From NCBI RefSeq assembly GCF_057098645.1, contig NZ_CM169472.1: 64,000 bases of DNA; one strand, written 5' to 3'. This document shows, one piece after another, positions 51,368 to 62,845 of the stretch. A program made the position numbers and the translations under genes. A model generated the notes under the pieces. That model was not told where the DNA came from, searched no databases, and saw nothing but the letters and a program-made list of their open reading frames with translations. Each line of letters begins with the position of its first letter. The stretch's first letter is position 1.

Positions 51368-52555
51368 ATGGCGGACAAAAAGCTTGATACTCAACTGGTG
51401 AATGCAGGACGCAGCAAAAAATACACTCTCGGCGCGGTAAATAGCGTGATTCAGCGCGCTTCTTCGCTGGTATTTGAGAGTATGGAAGCCAAAAAGCACG
51501 CGACGCGCAATCGCGCCAATGGCGAGTTGTTCTATGGACGGCGCGGAACGTTAACCCATTTTTCCTTACAACAAGCGATATGTGAACTGGAAGGTGGCGC
51601 AGGCTGCGCGCTATTTCCCTGCGGGGCGGCAGCGGTTGCTAATTCGATTCTTGCTTTTGTCGAACAGGGCGATCATGTGTTGATGACCAACACCGCCTAT
51701 GAACCGAGTCAGGATTTCTGTAGCAAAATCCTCAGCAAACTGGGCGTAACGACATCATGGTTTGATCCGCTGATTGGTGCCGATATCGTTAAGCATCTGC
51801 AGCCAAACACTAAAATCGTATTTCTGGAATCGCCGGGTTCCATCACTATGGAAGTCCACGACGTTCCGGCGATTGTTGCCGCCGTGCGCAGTGTGGTGCC
51901 GGATGCCATCATTATGATCGACAACACCTGGGCAGCCGGTGTGCTGTTTAAGGCGCTGGATTTTGGCATCGATGTTTCTATTCAAGCCGCCACCAAATAT
52001 CTGGTTGGGCATTCAGATGCGATGATTGGCACTGCCGTGTGCAATGCCCGTTGCTGGGAGCAGCTACGGGAAAATGCCTATCTGATGGGCCAGATGGTCG
52101 ATGCCGATACCGCCTATATAACCAGCCGTGGCCTGCGCACATTAGGTGTGCGTTTGCGTCAACATCATGAAAGCAGTCTGAAAGTGGCTGAATGGCTGGC
52201 AGAACATCCGCAAGTTGCGCGAGTTAACCACCCTGCCCTGCCTGGCAGTAAAGGACACGAATTCTGGAAACGAGACTTTACAGGCAGCAGCGGGCTATTT
52301 TCCTTTGTGCTTAAGAAAAAACTCAATGATGAAGAGCTGGCGAACTATCTGGATAACTTCAGTTTATTCAGCATGGCCTACTCGTGGGGCGGGTATGAAT
52401 CGTTGATCCTGGCAAATCAACCAGAACATATCGCCGCCATTCGCCCACAAGGCGAGATCGATTTTAGCGGGACCTTGATTCGCCTGCATATTGGTCTGGA
52501 AAATGTCGACGATCTGATTGCCGATCTGGACGCCGGTTTTGCGCGGATTGTATAA
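51368..52555 (+). CDS. metC: cystathionine beta-lyase
   Basis: 395 aa from [14 protein letters not shown]...; PLP-dependent Cys/Met metabolism family. Confidence 0.95.
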   Translation: MADKKLDTQLVNAGRSKKYTLGAVNSVIQRASSLVFESMEAKKHATRNRANGELFYGRRGTLTHFSLQQAICELEGGAGCALFPCGAAAVANSILAFVEQGDHVLMTNTAYEPSQDFCSKILSKLGVTTSWFDPLIGADIVKHLQPNTKIVFLESPGSITMEVHDVPAIVAAVRSVVPDAIIMIDNTWAAGVLFKALDFGIDVSIQAATKYLVGHSDAMIGTAVCNARCWEQLRENAYLMGQMVDADTAYITSRGLRTLGVRLRQHHESSLKVAEWLAEHPQVARVNHPALPGSKGHEFWKRDFTGSSGLFSFVLKKKLNDEELANYLDNFSLFSMAYSWGGYESLILANQPEHIAAIRPQGEIDFSGTLIRLHIGLENVDDLIADLDAGFARIV

Positions 52556-52694
52556 CATTGCCACTTTTGGACAATTTTGCAGACATTTTATTGTGAAAAG
52601 TCTTAAATTGTTGCGTCCGGGATCAAGGCGTCCCGGACGATTCAGGAGTACAATAGGCAGATAAAGGCTTAAACGCTGTTCCACAGGAAAGTCC

Positions 52695-53354
52695 ATGGCT
52701 GTTATTCAAGATATCATCGCTGCGCTCTGGCAACACGACTTTGCCGCGCTGGCGGATCCTCATATTGTTAGCGTTGTTTACTTTGTCATGTTTGCCACGC
52801 TGTTTTTAGAAAACGGCCTGCTGCCCGCCTCATTTTTGCCAGGCGACAGCTTGTTGATATTGGCTGGCGCATTGATTGCCCAGGGGGTTATGGATTTTCT
52901 GCCTACGATTGCGATTCTGACCGCCGCAGCAAGTCTGGGCTGCTGGCTAAGTTATATTCAGGGGCGCTGGTTAGGGAATACCAAAACGGTGAAAGGCTGG
53001 CTGGCACAGCTTCCTGCTAAATATCATCAGCGCGCCACCTGCATGTTTGACCGCCACGGTCTGCTGGCGCTGCTGGCTGGACGTTTTCTTGCATTTGTCC
53101 GTACGCTGCTGCCAACCATGGCGGGAATTTCCGGTCTGCCAAACCGCCGTTTCCAGTTTTTCAACTGGTTAAGCGGATTGCTGTGGGTCAGCGTGGTAAC
53201 CAGTTTCGGCTATGCCTTAAGTATGATTCCGTTCGTTAAACGCCATGAAGATCAGGTAATGACGTTCCTGATGATCCTGCCAATTGCCTTGTTAACCGCT
53301 GGCTTGTTAGGCACGCTGTTTGTGGTGATTAAAAAAAAATACTGTAACGCCTGA
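52695..53354 (+). CDS. yghB: DedA-family inner membrane protein
   Basis: 219 aa; matches YghB. Confidence 0.9.
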
Positions 53355-53393
53355 CGATTTTCCCTGTTCCCGGTTGCTGTACCGGGAACGTAT

Positions 53394-54350
53394 TTAATTC
53401 CCCTGCATCGTCCGCATTCTTGCCGCATCTTCCCCCGGCGTCACACCGAAGTAACGTTTAAACTCACGGCTAAATTGCGATGCGCTTTCATAGCCGACGC
53501 GCATCGCTGCTGCGCTGGCCTTCATGCCGTCATGGATGATCATCATCCGCGCCTTATGCAGACGGTAATTCTTCAAATACTGCAACGGCGAGGTGCTGGT
53601 GACAGACTTAAAATTATGGTGGAACGCCGATACGCTCATATTGGCTTCTGCCGCCAGTTGCTCGACGCTCAGGTTTTCAGTGTATTTATTCTCAATCCGT
53701 TTCAGCACGCGGCTAATCAGACTGAAGTGAGTCTGGCGACTGACCAGCGCCAGTAACGCGCCGCCGCAAGGTCCGATCAGCACGTAGTACAGAATTTCGC
53801 GGATGATCTGTTTGCCGAGAATACGCGCATCCAGTGGTCGCTCCATCACGTCGAGTAACCGCTCCGCCGCGCATAAAATCTCTTCTGATAACGTGGCGGA
53901 GTTAATCCCGCTGGCTGCCATCGACGGCTGGAAATGCTGATCTTCGCCAATATCCATCAACAGTTCCTGTAACTGCAAAATATCGACATTGAGACGCAAC
54001 CCTGCCAGCGGCACCTCTGACGTGGCATAGGTTTCGCACTCAAACGGCAACGGCACCGTCAGCAGCAGGTATTCATTGGCATCATAACGAAACACGCGTT
54101 CATTGATATAACCGATTTTATGTCCGGAAAAGAGAATTATGATGCCAGGCTCGTACATCACCGGTGTACGTGCGAAAGGCGTCTCGCCATACAACAAACG
54201 CACATCGGGCAACAGTTCTGACAAACTATTTTCTTTATTTTTCAGTTTATTAACTTTATCCGCCAGCAAGCGGCAAATCTCTTCACGTTTCATATCGCGT
54301 AATTTCTTAGGAATAATGCGGCAATTTGATTGTGCGCAATTTTGTAGCAT
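53394..54350 (-). CDS. yqhC: AraC-family regulator of yqhD-dkgA (aldehyde response)
   Basis: 318 aa from [14 protein letters not shown]...; C-terminal AraC HTH. Confidence 0.9.
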   Translation of the reverse strand: MLQNCAQSNCRIIPKKLRDMKREEICRLLADKVNKLKNKENSLSELLPDVRLLYGETPFARTPVMYEPGIIILFSGHKIGYINERVFRYDANEYLLLTVPLPFECETYATSEVPLAGLRLNVDILQLQELLMDIGEDQHFQPSMAASGINSATLSEEILCAAERLLDVMERPLDARILGKQIIREILYYVLIGPCGGALLALVSRQTHFSLISRVLKRIENKYTENLSVEQLAAEANMSVSAFHHNFKSVTSTSPLQYLKNYRLHKARMMIIHDGMKASAAAMRVGYESASQFSREFKRYFGVTPGEDAARMRTMQGN

Positions 54351-54486
54351 TTCTCCAGCACTCTGGAGAAATAGGCAAGACATTGGCAGAAATGAGCATT
54401 GAGAGCCAGGGCGCTGGCGATCACAATGAAAAACATCAGGCAGATCGTTCTCTGCCCTCATATTGGCCCAGCAAAGGGAGCAAGTA

Positions 54487-55650
54487 ATGAACAACTTTAA
54501 TCTGCACACCCCAACCCGCATTCTGTTTGGTAAAGGCGCAATCGCTGGTTTACGCGAACAAATTCCTCACGATGCTCGCGTATTGATTACCTACGGTGGC
54601 GGCAGCGTGAAAAAAACCGGCGTTCTCGATCAAGTTCTGGATGCCCTGAAAGGCATGGACGTGCTGGAATTTGGCGGTATTGAGCCAAACCCGGCTTATG
54701 AAACGCTGATGAACGCCGTGAAACTGGTTCGCGAACAGAAAGTGACTTTCCTGCTGGCGGTTGGCGGCGGTTCTGTACTGGACGGCACCAAATTTATCGC
54801 CGCAGCGGCTAACTATCCGGAAAATATCGATCCGTGGCACATTCTGCAAACGGGCGGTAAAGAGATTAAAAGCGCCATCCCGATGGGCTGTGTGCTGACG
54901 CTGCCAGCAACCGGTTCAGAATCCAACGCCGGTGCGGTGATCTCCCGTAAAACCACAGGCGATAAGCAGGCGTTCCATTCAGCCCATGTTCAGCCGGTAT
55001 TTGCCGTGCTCGATCCGGTTTATACCTACACCCTGCCGCCGCGTCAGGTGGCTAACGGCGTAGTGGACGCCTTTGTACACACCGTGGAACAGTATGTTAC
55101 CAAACCGGTTGATGCCAAAATTCAGGACCGTTTCGCAGAAGGCATTTTGCTGACGCTGATCGAAGATGGTCCGAAAGCCCTGAAAGAGCCAGAAAACTAC
55201 GATGTGCGCGCCAACGTCATGTGGGCGGCGACGCAGGCGCTGAACGGTTTGATTGGCGCTGGCGTACCGCAGGACTGGGCAACGCATATGCTGGGCCACG
55301 AACTGACTGCGATGCACGGTCTGGATCACGCGCAAACACTGGCTATCGTCCTGCCTGCACTGTGGAATGAAAAACGCGATACCAAGCGCGCTAAGCTGCT
55401 GCAATATGCCGAACGCGTCTGGAACATCACTGAAGGTTCCGACGATGAGCGTATTGACGCCGCGATTGCCGCAACCCGCAATTTCTTTGAGCAATTAGGC
55501 GTGCCGACCCACCTCTCCGACTACGGTCTGGACGGCAGCTCCATCCCGGCTTTGCTGAAAAAACTGGAAGAGCACGGCATGACCCAACTGGGCGAAAATC
55601 ATGACATTACGCTGGATGTCAGCCGCCGTATATACGAAGCCGCCCGCTAA
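54487..55650 (+). CDS. yqhD: NADPH-dependent aldehyde reductase (Fe-ADH family)
   Basis: 387 aa from [18 protein letters not shown]... Confidence 0.95.
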   Translation: MNNFNLHTPTRILFGKGAIAGLREQIPHDARVLITYGGGSVKKTGVLDQVLDALKGMDVLEFGGIEPNPAYETLMNAVKLVREQKVTFLLAVGGGSVLDGTKFIAAAANYPENIDPWHILQTGGKEIKSAIPMGCVLTLPATGSESNAGAVISRKTTGDKQAFHSAHVQPVFAVLDPVYTYTLPPRQVANGVVDAFVHTVEQYVTKPVDAKIQDRFAEGILLTLIEDGPKALKEPENYDVRANVMWAATQALNGLIGAGVPQDWATHMLGHELTAMHGLDHAQTLAIVLPALWNEKRDTKRAKLLQYAERVWNITEGSDDERIDAAIAATRNFFEQLGVPTHLSDYGLDGSSIPALLKKLEEHGMTQLGENHDITLDVSRRIYEAAR

Positions 55651-55754
55651 GCTTTTTACGCCTCAAACTTTCGTTTTCGGGCATTTCGTCCAGACTTAAG
55701 TTCACAACACCTCACCGGATCCTGCTCCGGTGAGTTCATATAAAGGAGGAACGT

Positions 55755-56582
55755 ATGGCTAATCCAACCGTTATTAAGCTACAGGATGGCAATGTCATGC
55801 CCCAGTTGGGACTGGGCGTCTGGCAAGCAAGTAATGAGGAAGTAATCACCGCCATTCAAAAAGCGTTAGAAGTGGGTTATCGCTCGATTGATACCGCCGC
55901 GGCCTATAAGAACGAAGAAGGTGTCGGCAAAGCCCTGAAAAATGCCTCAGTCAACAGAGAAGAACTGTTCATCACCACTAAGCTGTGGAACGACGACCAC
56001 AAGCGCCCCCGCGAAGCCCTGCTCGACAGCCTGAAAAAACTACAGCTTGATTATATCGACCTCTACTTAATGCACTGGCCCGTTCCCGCTATCGACCATT
56101 ATGTCGAAGCATGGAAAGGCATGATCGAATTGCAAAAAGAGGGATTAATCAAAAGCATCGGCGTGTGCAACTTCCAGATCCATCACCTGCAACGCCTGAT
56201 TGATGAAACTGGCGTGACGCCTGTGATAAACCAGATCGAACTTCATCCGCTGATGCAACAACGCCAGCTACACGCCTGGAACGCGACACACAAAATCCAG
56301 ACCGAATCCTGGAGCCCATTAGCGCAAGGAGGGAAAGGCGTTTTCGATCAGAAAGTCATTCGCGATCTGGCAGATAAATACGGCAAAACCCCGGCGCAGA
56401 TTGTTATCCGCTGGCATCTGGATAGCGGCCTGGTGGTGATCCCGAAATCGGTCACACCTTCACGTATTGCCGAAAACTTTGATGTCTGGGATTTCCGTCT
56501 CGACAAAGACGAACTCGGCGAAATTGCAAAACTCGATCAGGGCAAGCGTCTCGGTCCCGATCCTGACCAGTTCGGCGGCTAA
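55755..56582 (+). CDS. dkgA: 2,5-diketo-D-gluconate reductase A / methylglyoxal reductase (AKR)
   Basis: 275 aa MANPTVIKLQDGNVMPQLGLGVWQ... Confidence 0.95.
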   Translation: MANPTVIKLQDGNVMPQLGLGVWQASNEEVITAIQKALEVGYRSIDTAAAYKNEEGVGKALKNASVNREELFITTKLWNDDHKRPREALLDSLKKLQLDYIDLYLMHWPVPAIDHYVEAWKGMIELQKEGLIKSIGVCNFQIHHLQRLIDETGVTPVINQIELHPLMQQRQLHAWNATHKIQTESWSPLAQGGKGVFDQKVIRDLADKYGKTPAQIVIRWHLDSGLVVIPKSVTPSRIAENFDVWDFRLDKDELGEIAKLDQGKRLGPDPDQFGG

Positions 56583-56781
56583 CGTGCAAATTCTCCCGGT
56601 GGCGGTAATGTTCCGCTACCGGACTTTTCAGAAATCATTTATTCCCCTCGCGTCCCGCCCGTTGTTACTCTTCCTTGTTCAGGAATGCCAAATATAAGGA
56701 CATCATCATGCAGAGCCGGAAGCTCTTAAAAGAACAACTCATCTATATCCGGGATAAACGCAACGGAGAGGTGAAAAACAG

Positions 56782-57708
56782 ATGAAAATAATACTTCTGT
56801 TTTTAGCAGCCCTGGCAAGTTTTACCGTACACGCACAGCCCCCCTCACAGACCTTAGAACAAACAGTCCGGCATATTTATCAGAACTATAAATCAGATGC
56901 CACCGCCCCTTATTTTGGTGAAACCGGAGAGCGGGCGATAACTTCTGTGCGTATTCAACAGGCGCTTACCCTGAACGACAATCTTACGCTGCCGGGTAAT
57001 ATTGGCTGGCTGGATTATGATCCGGTTTGTGATTGTCAGGATTTTGGCGATCTGGTGCTAGAAAGCGTAGCGATAACCGAAACTGACGCCGATCATGCCG
57101 ATGCCGTTGTGCGCTTTCGTATCTTTAAAGATGATAAAGAAAAGACCACGCAGACACTGAAAATGGTGGCGGAAAATGGTCGTTGGGTCATTGACGATAT
57201 TGTCAGCAATCATGGCAGCGTCTTACAAGCAGTTAATAGCGAGAATGAAAAAACGCTGGCCGCTTTAGCTTCGTTGCAAAAAGAACAGCCGGAAGCCTTT
57301 GTTGCCGAACTCTTTGAACATATTGCCGATTATAGCTGGCCGTGGACGTGGGTGGTTTCCGACTCTTACCGCCAGGCGGTCAATGCCTTCTATAAAACCA
57401 CCTTCAAGACGGCCAACAATCCCGATGAAGATATGCAAATAGAACGGCAATTTATTTACGACAATCCGATCTGTTTTGGCGAAGAGTCGCTATTTTCACG
57501 CGTTGATGAAATTCGAGTCCTGGAGAAAACCGCCGATTCCGCCCGCATTCATATTCGTTTTACGCTGACCAATGGCAACAACGAAGAGCAAGAACTGGTT
57601 TTACAACGGCGCGAAGGTAAGTGGGAAATCGCTGATTTTATCCGCCCGAACAGCGGCAGCCTACTTAAGCAGATTGAGGCAAAAACCGCCGCCAGATTAA
57701 AGCAATGA
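56782..57708 (+). CDS. yqhG: DUF3828-family periplasmic protein
   Basis: 308 aa with signal peptide; position matches YqhG. Confidence 0.85.
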   Translation: MKIILLFLAALASFTVHAQPPSQTLEQTVRHIYQNYKSDATAPYFGETGERAITSVRIQQALTLNDNLTLPGNIGWLDYDPVCDCQDFGDLVLESVAITETDADHADAVVRFRIFKDDKEKTTQTLKMVAENGRWVIDDIVSNHGSVLQAVNSENEKTLAALASLQKEQPEAFVAELFEHIADYSWPWTWVVSDSYRQAVNAFYKTTFKTANNPDEDMQIERQFIYDNPICFGEESLFSRVDEIRVLEKTADSARIHIRFTLTNGNNEEQELVLQRREGKWEIADFIRPNSGSLLKQIEAKTAARLKQ

Positions 57709-57758
57709 GCTGAATTAAATAACAATTAGCCGGAACAATAAATAAAAGGGAACACTAT

Positions 57759-58016
57759 ATGAAAACGATTTTCACCGTGGGAGCTGTTGTTCTGGCAACC
57801 TGCTTGCTCAGTGGCTGCGTCAATGAGCAAAAGGTCAATCAACTGGCGAGCAATGTACAAACATTAAATGCCAAAATCGCCCGGCTTGAGCAGGATATGA
57901 AAGCACTACGCCCACAAATCTATGCTGCCAAATCCGAAGCTAACAGAGCCAATACGCATCTTGATGCACAGGACTATTTTGATTGCCTGCGCTGCTTGCG
58001 TATGTACGCAGAATGA
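57759..58016 (+). CDS. yqhH: outer-membrane lipoprotein (Lpp-like)
   Basis: 85 aa; lipobox LSGC; coiled-coil. Confidence 0.85.
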   Translation: MKTIFTVGAVVLATCLLSGCVNEQKVNQLASNVQTLNAKIARLEQDMKALRPQIYAAKSEANRANTHLDAQDYFDCLRCLRMYAE

Positions 58017-58057
58017 TAAAAAAATCCCCGGCAGCATGTCAGTTGCCGGGGATTTTT
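58017..58057. terminator. bidirectional rho-independent terminator between yqhH and ygiQ
   Basis: A-run, AATCCCCGGCA-GCATGTCAGT-TGCCGGGGATT, T-run. Confidence 0.75.
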
Positions 58058-60277
58058 TTAACGTCCAACCGCCGCTTTAGGGCGTTTCTTCGCACCAGTA
58101 TTCACCGGACGAGATTGCATAGACGGCGCTTTTTTTGCCGTAGCAGGAGTCTGAGGCTGGGTCGCCATCGGCGTATGTTTCGTCAACGCTGGACGAGTAT
58201 TGCGGTTCTGACGACGAGCCTCACGCATCTCTTCAATGGTTGGCGCAGGCACTAAGCAATCGCGACGGCTGCCAATCAGATGCTTTTTACCCATTGCTTC
58301 CAGCGCCTGACGGATTAACGGCCAGTTTGCCGGATCGTGGTAACGCAACAACGCTTTATGCAAACGACGCTGTTTGTCGCCCTTCGGTACGAAGACGTCT
58401 TCACTCTTATAACCAATCTTCGCCAGCGGGTTTTTCCCGGTGTAATACATGGTGGTCGAGTTAGCCAGTGGCGATGGGTAGAAGTTCTGTACCTGGTCGA
58501 GACGGAAACGATGCTTTTTCAGCCACAGCGCCAGATTCACCATATCTTCATCACGCGTACCCGGGTGCGCGGAGATGAAATAGGGGATCAGATACTGCTC
58601 TTTACCTGCCTGTTTCGAGTAGGTATCGAACAGCTCTTTAAAGCGGTCATAACTGCCCATGCCCGGCTTCATCATCTTCGACAACGGCCCTTCTTCGGTA
58701 TGTTCCGGAGCAATCTTCAGATAACCGCCGACGTGATGGGTCGCCAGTTCTTTGATATAGCGCGGATCTTCCACGGCGATGTCATAACGTACGCCTGAGG
58801 CAATCAGGATCTTTTTAATGCCTTTCAGATCGCGAGCGCGGCGATAGAGGTTGATCGTCGGTTCGTGGTTAGTGTCCATATGCGGACAAATATCCGGGTA
58901 AACGCAGGACAAACGACGGCAGGTTTGTTCAGCGCGTGGCGATTTGCAGCGCAACATATACATGTTGGCAGTTGGCCCACCGAGATCGGAAATTACGCCC
59001 GTAAAACCTGGAACGGTGTCGCGGATCGCTTCGATCTCATTAATGATCGAATCTTCGGAACGGCTCTGAATAATGCGCCCTTCGTGCTCGGTGATAGAAC
59101 AGAAAGAGCAGCCGCCAAAGCAGCCGCGCATAATGTTGACCGAAAAACGGATCATTTCGTAAGCCGGAATACGGGCATTGCCATAGGCCGGATGTGGCAC
59201 GCGCTTGTATGGCAGCGCAAAAACGCTGTCCATCTCTTCGGTAGAAAGCGGAATAGCAGGCGGGTTGATCCACACATAGCGGTCGCCGTGTTTTTGCATC
59301 AATGCGCGGGCGCAGCCTGGGTTGGTTTCGTGGTGCAGAATGCGCGAAGCATGAGCGTACAGGACTTTATCGCCCTTCACTTTCTCGAAAGAAGGCAGCA
59401 ATACGTAGGTTTTTTCCCACGGTTTCGGGCGCGGCGGCTGCACAGTTACAGCTTTCGCTTCCTGCTTTTTCGGCGCAACAGGTTTGTTATCCGCACACGG
59501 CAAATCTTCGCCATACGGATGCGGGATCGGGTCGATTTTCCCAGGGGTATCAAGACGAGTAGAATCCACACCGCTCCAGCCTGGCAACGCCTCTTTTACG
59601 ATAATCGCAGTATTACGCACATCGCGGATTTCACTAATCGGCTCGCCCATCGCCAGACGGTGCGCCACCTCCACCAGCGGACGCTCACCGTTACCAAACA
59701 TCAGCATGTCGGCTTTCGAATCCACCAGCACGGAACGGCGCACGCTATCGGACCAGTAATCATAATGTGCGGTACGGCGCAGACTAGCCTCAATACCACC
59801 GAGGATCACCGGTACATCTTTCCACGCCTCTTTACAACGCTGGGTATAAACCAGTGTGGCGCGATCCGGGCGCTTACCCGCGACGTTATCCGGCGTGTAG
59901 GCATCGTCATGACGTAAACGGCGATCGGCGGTATAACGGTTGATCATCGAATCCATGTTGCCAGCAGTAACACCGAAAAACAGATTCGGTTTACCCAGAC
60001 GCATAAAGTCGTCTTTGCTGCTCCAGTCTGGCTGAGCGATGATCCCAACGCGAAAGCCCTGCGCTTCCAGCATACGACCGCAAATCGCCATCCCGAAGCT
60101 TGGGTGATCGACATACGCGTCGCCAGTAACCAAAATGATGTCGCAGCTATCCCAGCCAAGTTGATCCATCTCTTCACGAGACATCGGCAAAAACGATGCT
60201 GGTCCAAAACAGGCGGCCCAGTACTGCGGCCAGGAGAACAGGTCGCGATCCGGTTGGTTCAGGGAGATAGAGCTCAT
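58058..60277 (-). CDS. ygiQ: radical SAM superfamily protein YgiQ (UPF0313)
   Basis: 739 aa; CxxxCxxC radical-SAM motif CFGGCSFCS. Confidence 0.9.
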   Translation of the reverse strand: MSSISLNQPDRDLFSWPQYWAACFGPASFLPMSREEMDQLGWDSCDIILVTGDAYVDHPSFGMAICGRMLEAQGFRVGIIAQPDWSSKDDFMRLGKPNLFFGVTAGNMDSMINRYTADRRLRHDDAYTPDNVAGKRPDRATLVYTQRCKEAWKDVPVILGGIEASLRRTAHYDYWSDSVRRSVLVDSKADMLMFGNGERPLVEVAHRLAMGEPISEIRDVRNTAIIVKEALPGWSGVDSTRLDTPGKIDPIPHPYGEDLPCADNKPVAPKKQEAKAVTVQPPRPKPWEKTYVLLPSFEKVKGDKVLYAHASRILHHETNPGCARALMQKHGDRYVWINPPAIPLSTEEMDSVFALPYKRVPHPAYGNARIPAYEMIRFSVNIMRGCFGGCSFCSITEHEGRIIQSRSEDSIINEIEAIRDTVPGFTGVISDLGGPTANMYMLRCKSPRAEQTCRRLSCVYPDICPHMDTNHEPTINLYRRARDLKGIKKILIASGVRYDIAVEDPRYIKELATHHVGGYLKIAPEHTEEGPLSKMMKPGMGSYDRFKELFDTYSKQAGKEQYLIPYFISAHPGTRDEDMVNLALWLKKHRFRLDQVQNFYPSPLANSTTMYYTGKNPLAKIGYKSEDVFVPKGDKQRRLHKALLRYHDPANWPLIRQALEAMGKKHLIGSRRDCLVPAPTIEEMREARRQNRNTRPALTKHTPMATQPQTPATAKKAPSMQSRPVNTGAKKRPKAAVGR

Positions 60278-60387
60278 TTTGCTTCCAGAAATGATAAAAA
60301 AATAATCAAAGGCCGGGGATTATAAGCCGGAACGAAAGAGAAATCGAAAAGTATTCCATACTCGCCCTCCTCGGGCGAGTATGAAGA

Positions 60388-61800
60388 TTACGGTACCGGA
60401 TTGACTAACAGTTGCCCAATCGAGCCACGGTCCGCCATTTCCAGCGTCTGACTGTTGAAGTAGAACGGGAAGTGCGCCCAGGAAGGCTGACCGAAATAAA
60501 CAAGCAGCTCCACTTGTCCGTCAACCCAAACGGTATCTTTCCAGCCTCTGTCTTCCGGGAACGGCATCGCACCATTCACGTTACGGATCTGGAACATCAC
60601 GCCTTCAATATGGAACGCTTGCGGCTCGTCCGCGCGTACCGTCCAGCGTTCCCACGTTCCTTGCTGCGCGGTGACATCAATACGGTTGACGTCCCACAGT
60701 TGTCCATTAATACCCGGGTCATCACCCAGACTGATATCGCGACTGCGAATCGGCGAACCGGCCATGATTTCAGTTGGCAGCAGGCGCATCGGAAGACTGT
60801 CTGTGACCAGCGGCAGAAGGCCGGTTGGGCGCAGCGTTAGCACCAGGGTAGAAACCAGAATGCTGGATGGCTCAAAGAAGCCACGAATACGATCAACAAT
60901 GCTCGCCGCTTCGCCACAGGTGATCGACACTTCATCACCGTTGCTCATATCCACCAGAATCTCGCGGCGCTCGCCCGGTGCCAACGAAAGTTGCTTCACC
61001 GATACAGGAGCAGGCAGGAATCCCTGATCGCCAGAAATCACATGTAACGGGCGACCATCGCTCATCTGTAGTTGATAGCGACGAGAGTTCGACGCGTTCA
61101 GCAGTCGCAAGCGCACCCAGCCACGCGAGACTTCAACGTACGGGCTTTGTACACCGTTAACCAGCAGCGTATCACCAACAAAGCCGCCGCTTCCCGGTTC
61201 GTTGTATTCTGGCGTACCAAAGTTATCCAGCCGTTTATCCTGGATAATGACCGGAAAATCATCCACACCATAATGGTTGGGGATAGGCAGCGACTTGCTG
61301 ACTTCATCTTCCACCAGCCACATTCCGGCAAGGCCGTTATAGACCTGCTGAGCCGTGCGGTTGGGAGTATTGGCGTGATACCACAGAGTAGCTGCGTTCT
61401 GGCGAATAGGCAGTACGGGTGCCCAGTCAGCGTTTGGCGACATCATCCGTGCCGGACCGCCCATCAGCGGGCCTGGTACCTGTAGCCCGGCCACCGTCAT
61501 TGAGACATTTTCTGTCAGGCGGTTGCTGTAAATAAGCTTAACATCGTCGCCCTTCCAGACGCGGATAGTCGGCCCCAGGTAACGACCATTGATTCCCCAG
61601 ACCGACGCGCGTGTCCCTGGCGTAAATGACCAGTGCGCACGTTGTACAGTCATAAACAGCGGTTGCCCACGGCGAGATTCAAGCAGCGGCGGAACGGGTA
61701 GCGGTTGCTGTTGCCCGGCTGCGCTGGCCTTCAGGGGAACAGCGCCTGCACAAAGTGCAATCCCCGATGCCTGAATGAACTGACGCCGACTGAGTGACAT
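60388..61800 (-). CDS. ftsP: cell division protein FtsP (SufI), multicopper-oxidase fold
   Basis: 470 aa; Tat signal SRRQFIQASG. Confidence 0.95.
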   Translation of the reverse strand: MSLSRRQFIQASGIALCAGAVPLKASAAGQQQPLPVPPLLESRRGQPLFMTVQRAHWSFTPGTRASVWGINGRYLGPTIRVWKGDDVKLIYSNRLTENVSMTVAGLQVPGPLMGGPARMMSPNADWAPVLPIRQNAATLWYHANTPNRTAQQVYNGLAGMWLVEDEVSKSLPIPNHYGVDDFPVIIQDKRLDNFGTPEYNEPGSGGFVGDTLLVNGVQSPYVEVSRGWVRLRLLNASNSRRYQLQMSDGRPLHVISGDQGFLPAPVSVKQLSLAPGERREILVDMSNGDEVSITCGEAASIVDRIRGFFEPSSILVSTLVLTLRPTGLLPLVTDSLPMRLLPTEIMAGSPIRSRDISLGDDPGINGQLWDVNRIDVTAQQGTWERWTVRADEPQAFHIEGVMFQIRNVNGAMPFPEDRGWKDTVWVDGQVELLVYFGQPSWAHFPFYFNSQTLEMADRGSIGQLLVNPVP

Positions 61801-61874
61801 ATTTGCTCCATGTAAAACTGGCTAAAGTAATACCGTGCAGGAAAGTGTTCCCCGCAAAAATACAGATTGCCGAC

Positions 61875-62612
61875 TTAAACTTTTCCGGCGGCTTCGCGTT
61901 CTGCGACTTCTTTATCGAGCTCGGCGATTTTTTGTTCCATTATCGAACGACAATGGGCAGCCAGCTCACGAACCTGATCTTTGCCATACTGACTGACGTC
62001 AATTGGCGGCAGCATTTCGACAATCACCAGACCGTTGTGCAGTCGATTAAGATTAATCTTATTCGAAGTTGTAGAGACGCACACGGGAATAATCGGGACG
62101 CCTGCTGCAATTGCCGCGTGAAATGCTCCAGTCTTGAACGGTAGCAGGCCGCGACCACGGCTGCGGGTTCCTTCCGGGAACATCCAAATGGAAATACGGC
62201 GTTTTTTGAAATGATTCACTACTTCCGCAATAGTGCCGTGAGCTTTAGTGCGATTGTTTCTGTCGATCAATAAGTTGCCGGTTAACCAGTACAACTGCCC
62301 GAAGAAGGGGATCCACAGCAAGCTCTTTTTACCTACCGTCACCGTCGGCGGTTGCACAATGTTCGATGCTGTCACCATGTCATAGTTGTTCTGGTGGTTA
62401 GCGATATAGATAGCATTGCCGTAGCTTTCAGCATCTGCAGGTTTGCGGCACTCAACTTTCAGGCCGAACAGCGGCGCAAGACGACCAAACATATGCCCAA
62501 AGGTGGCCACATGTTTCGGGTTACGCGGGCTGAAAAGGCAGTAAATGGAGCCGAATACACAGACTAAGATGCTGTAAATCACGGTAATAATAAGACGAAA
62601 GATATATAGCAT
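61875..62612 (-). CDS. plsC: 1-acyl-sn-glycerol-3-phosphate acyltransferase
   Basis: 245 aa; HxxxxD (NHQNNYD) and FPEGTR motifs. Confidence 0.95.
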   Translation of the reverse strand: MLYIFRLIITVIYSILVCVFGSIYCLFSPRNPKHVATFGHMFGRLAPLFGLKVECRKPADAESYGNAIYIANHQNNYDMVTASNIVQPPTVTVGKKSLLWIPFFGQLYWLTGNLLIDRNNRTKAHGTIAEVVNHFKKRRISIWMFPEGTRSRGRGLLPFKTGAFHAAIAAGVPIIPVCVSTTSNKINLNRLHNGLVIVEMLPPIDVSQYGKDQVRELAAHCRSIMEQKIAELDKEVAEREAAGKV

Positions 62613-62845
62613 AACACCCTCTGAAGGTCTGAGAGACTGGCATTGTACGTCACCTGAAATCAGGTTAGGGCATTGTTAAAAGCCGCTCTCTGGAAAAGCG
62701 TATTGTTAATCGCAACGCATGAATAAACAACGGTTTCAAGGGAATTTTTATCGTTTCCGGGGGTTGAATACGCTGCCGGATGACGACTTAACGTTTCATC
62801 CGGCGTTCCTTGCAAGCGGGAGGAAACAGCGCCCTCCCCGGCATA

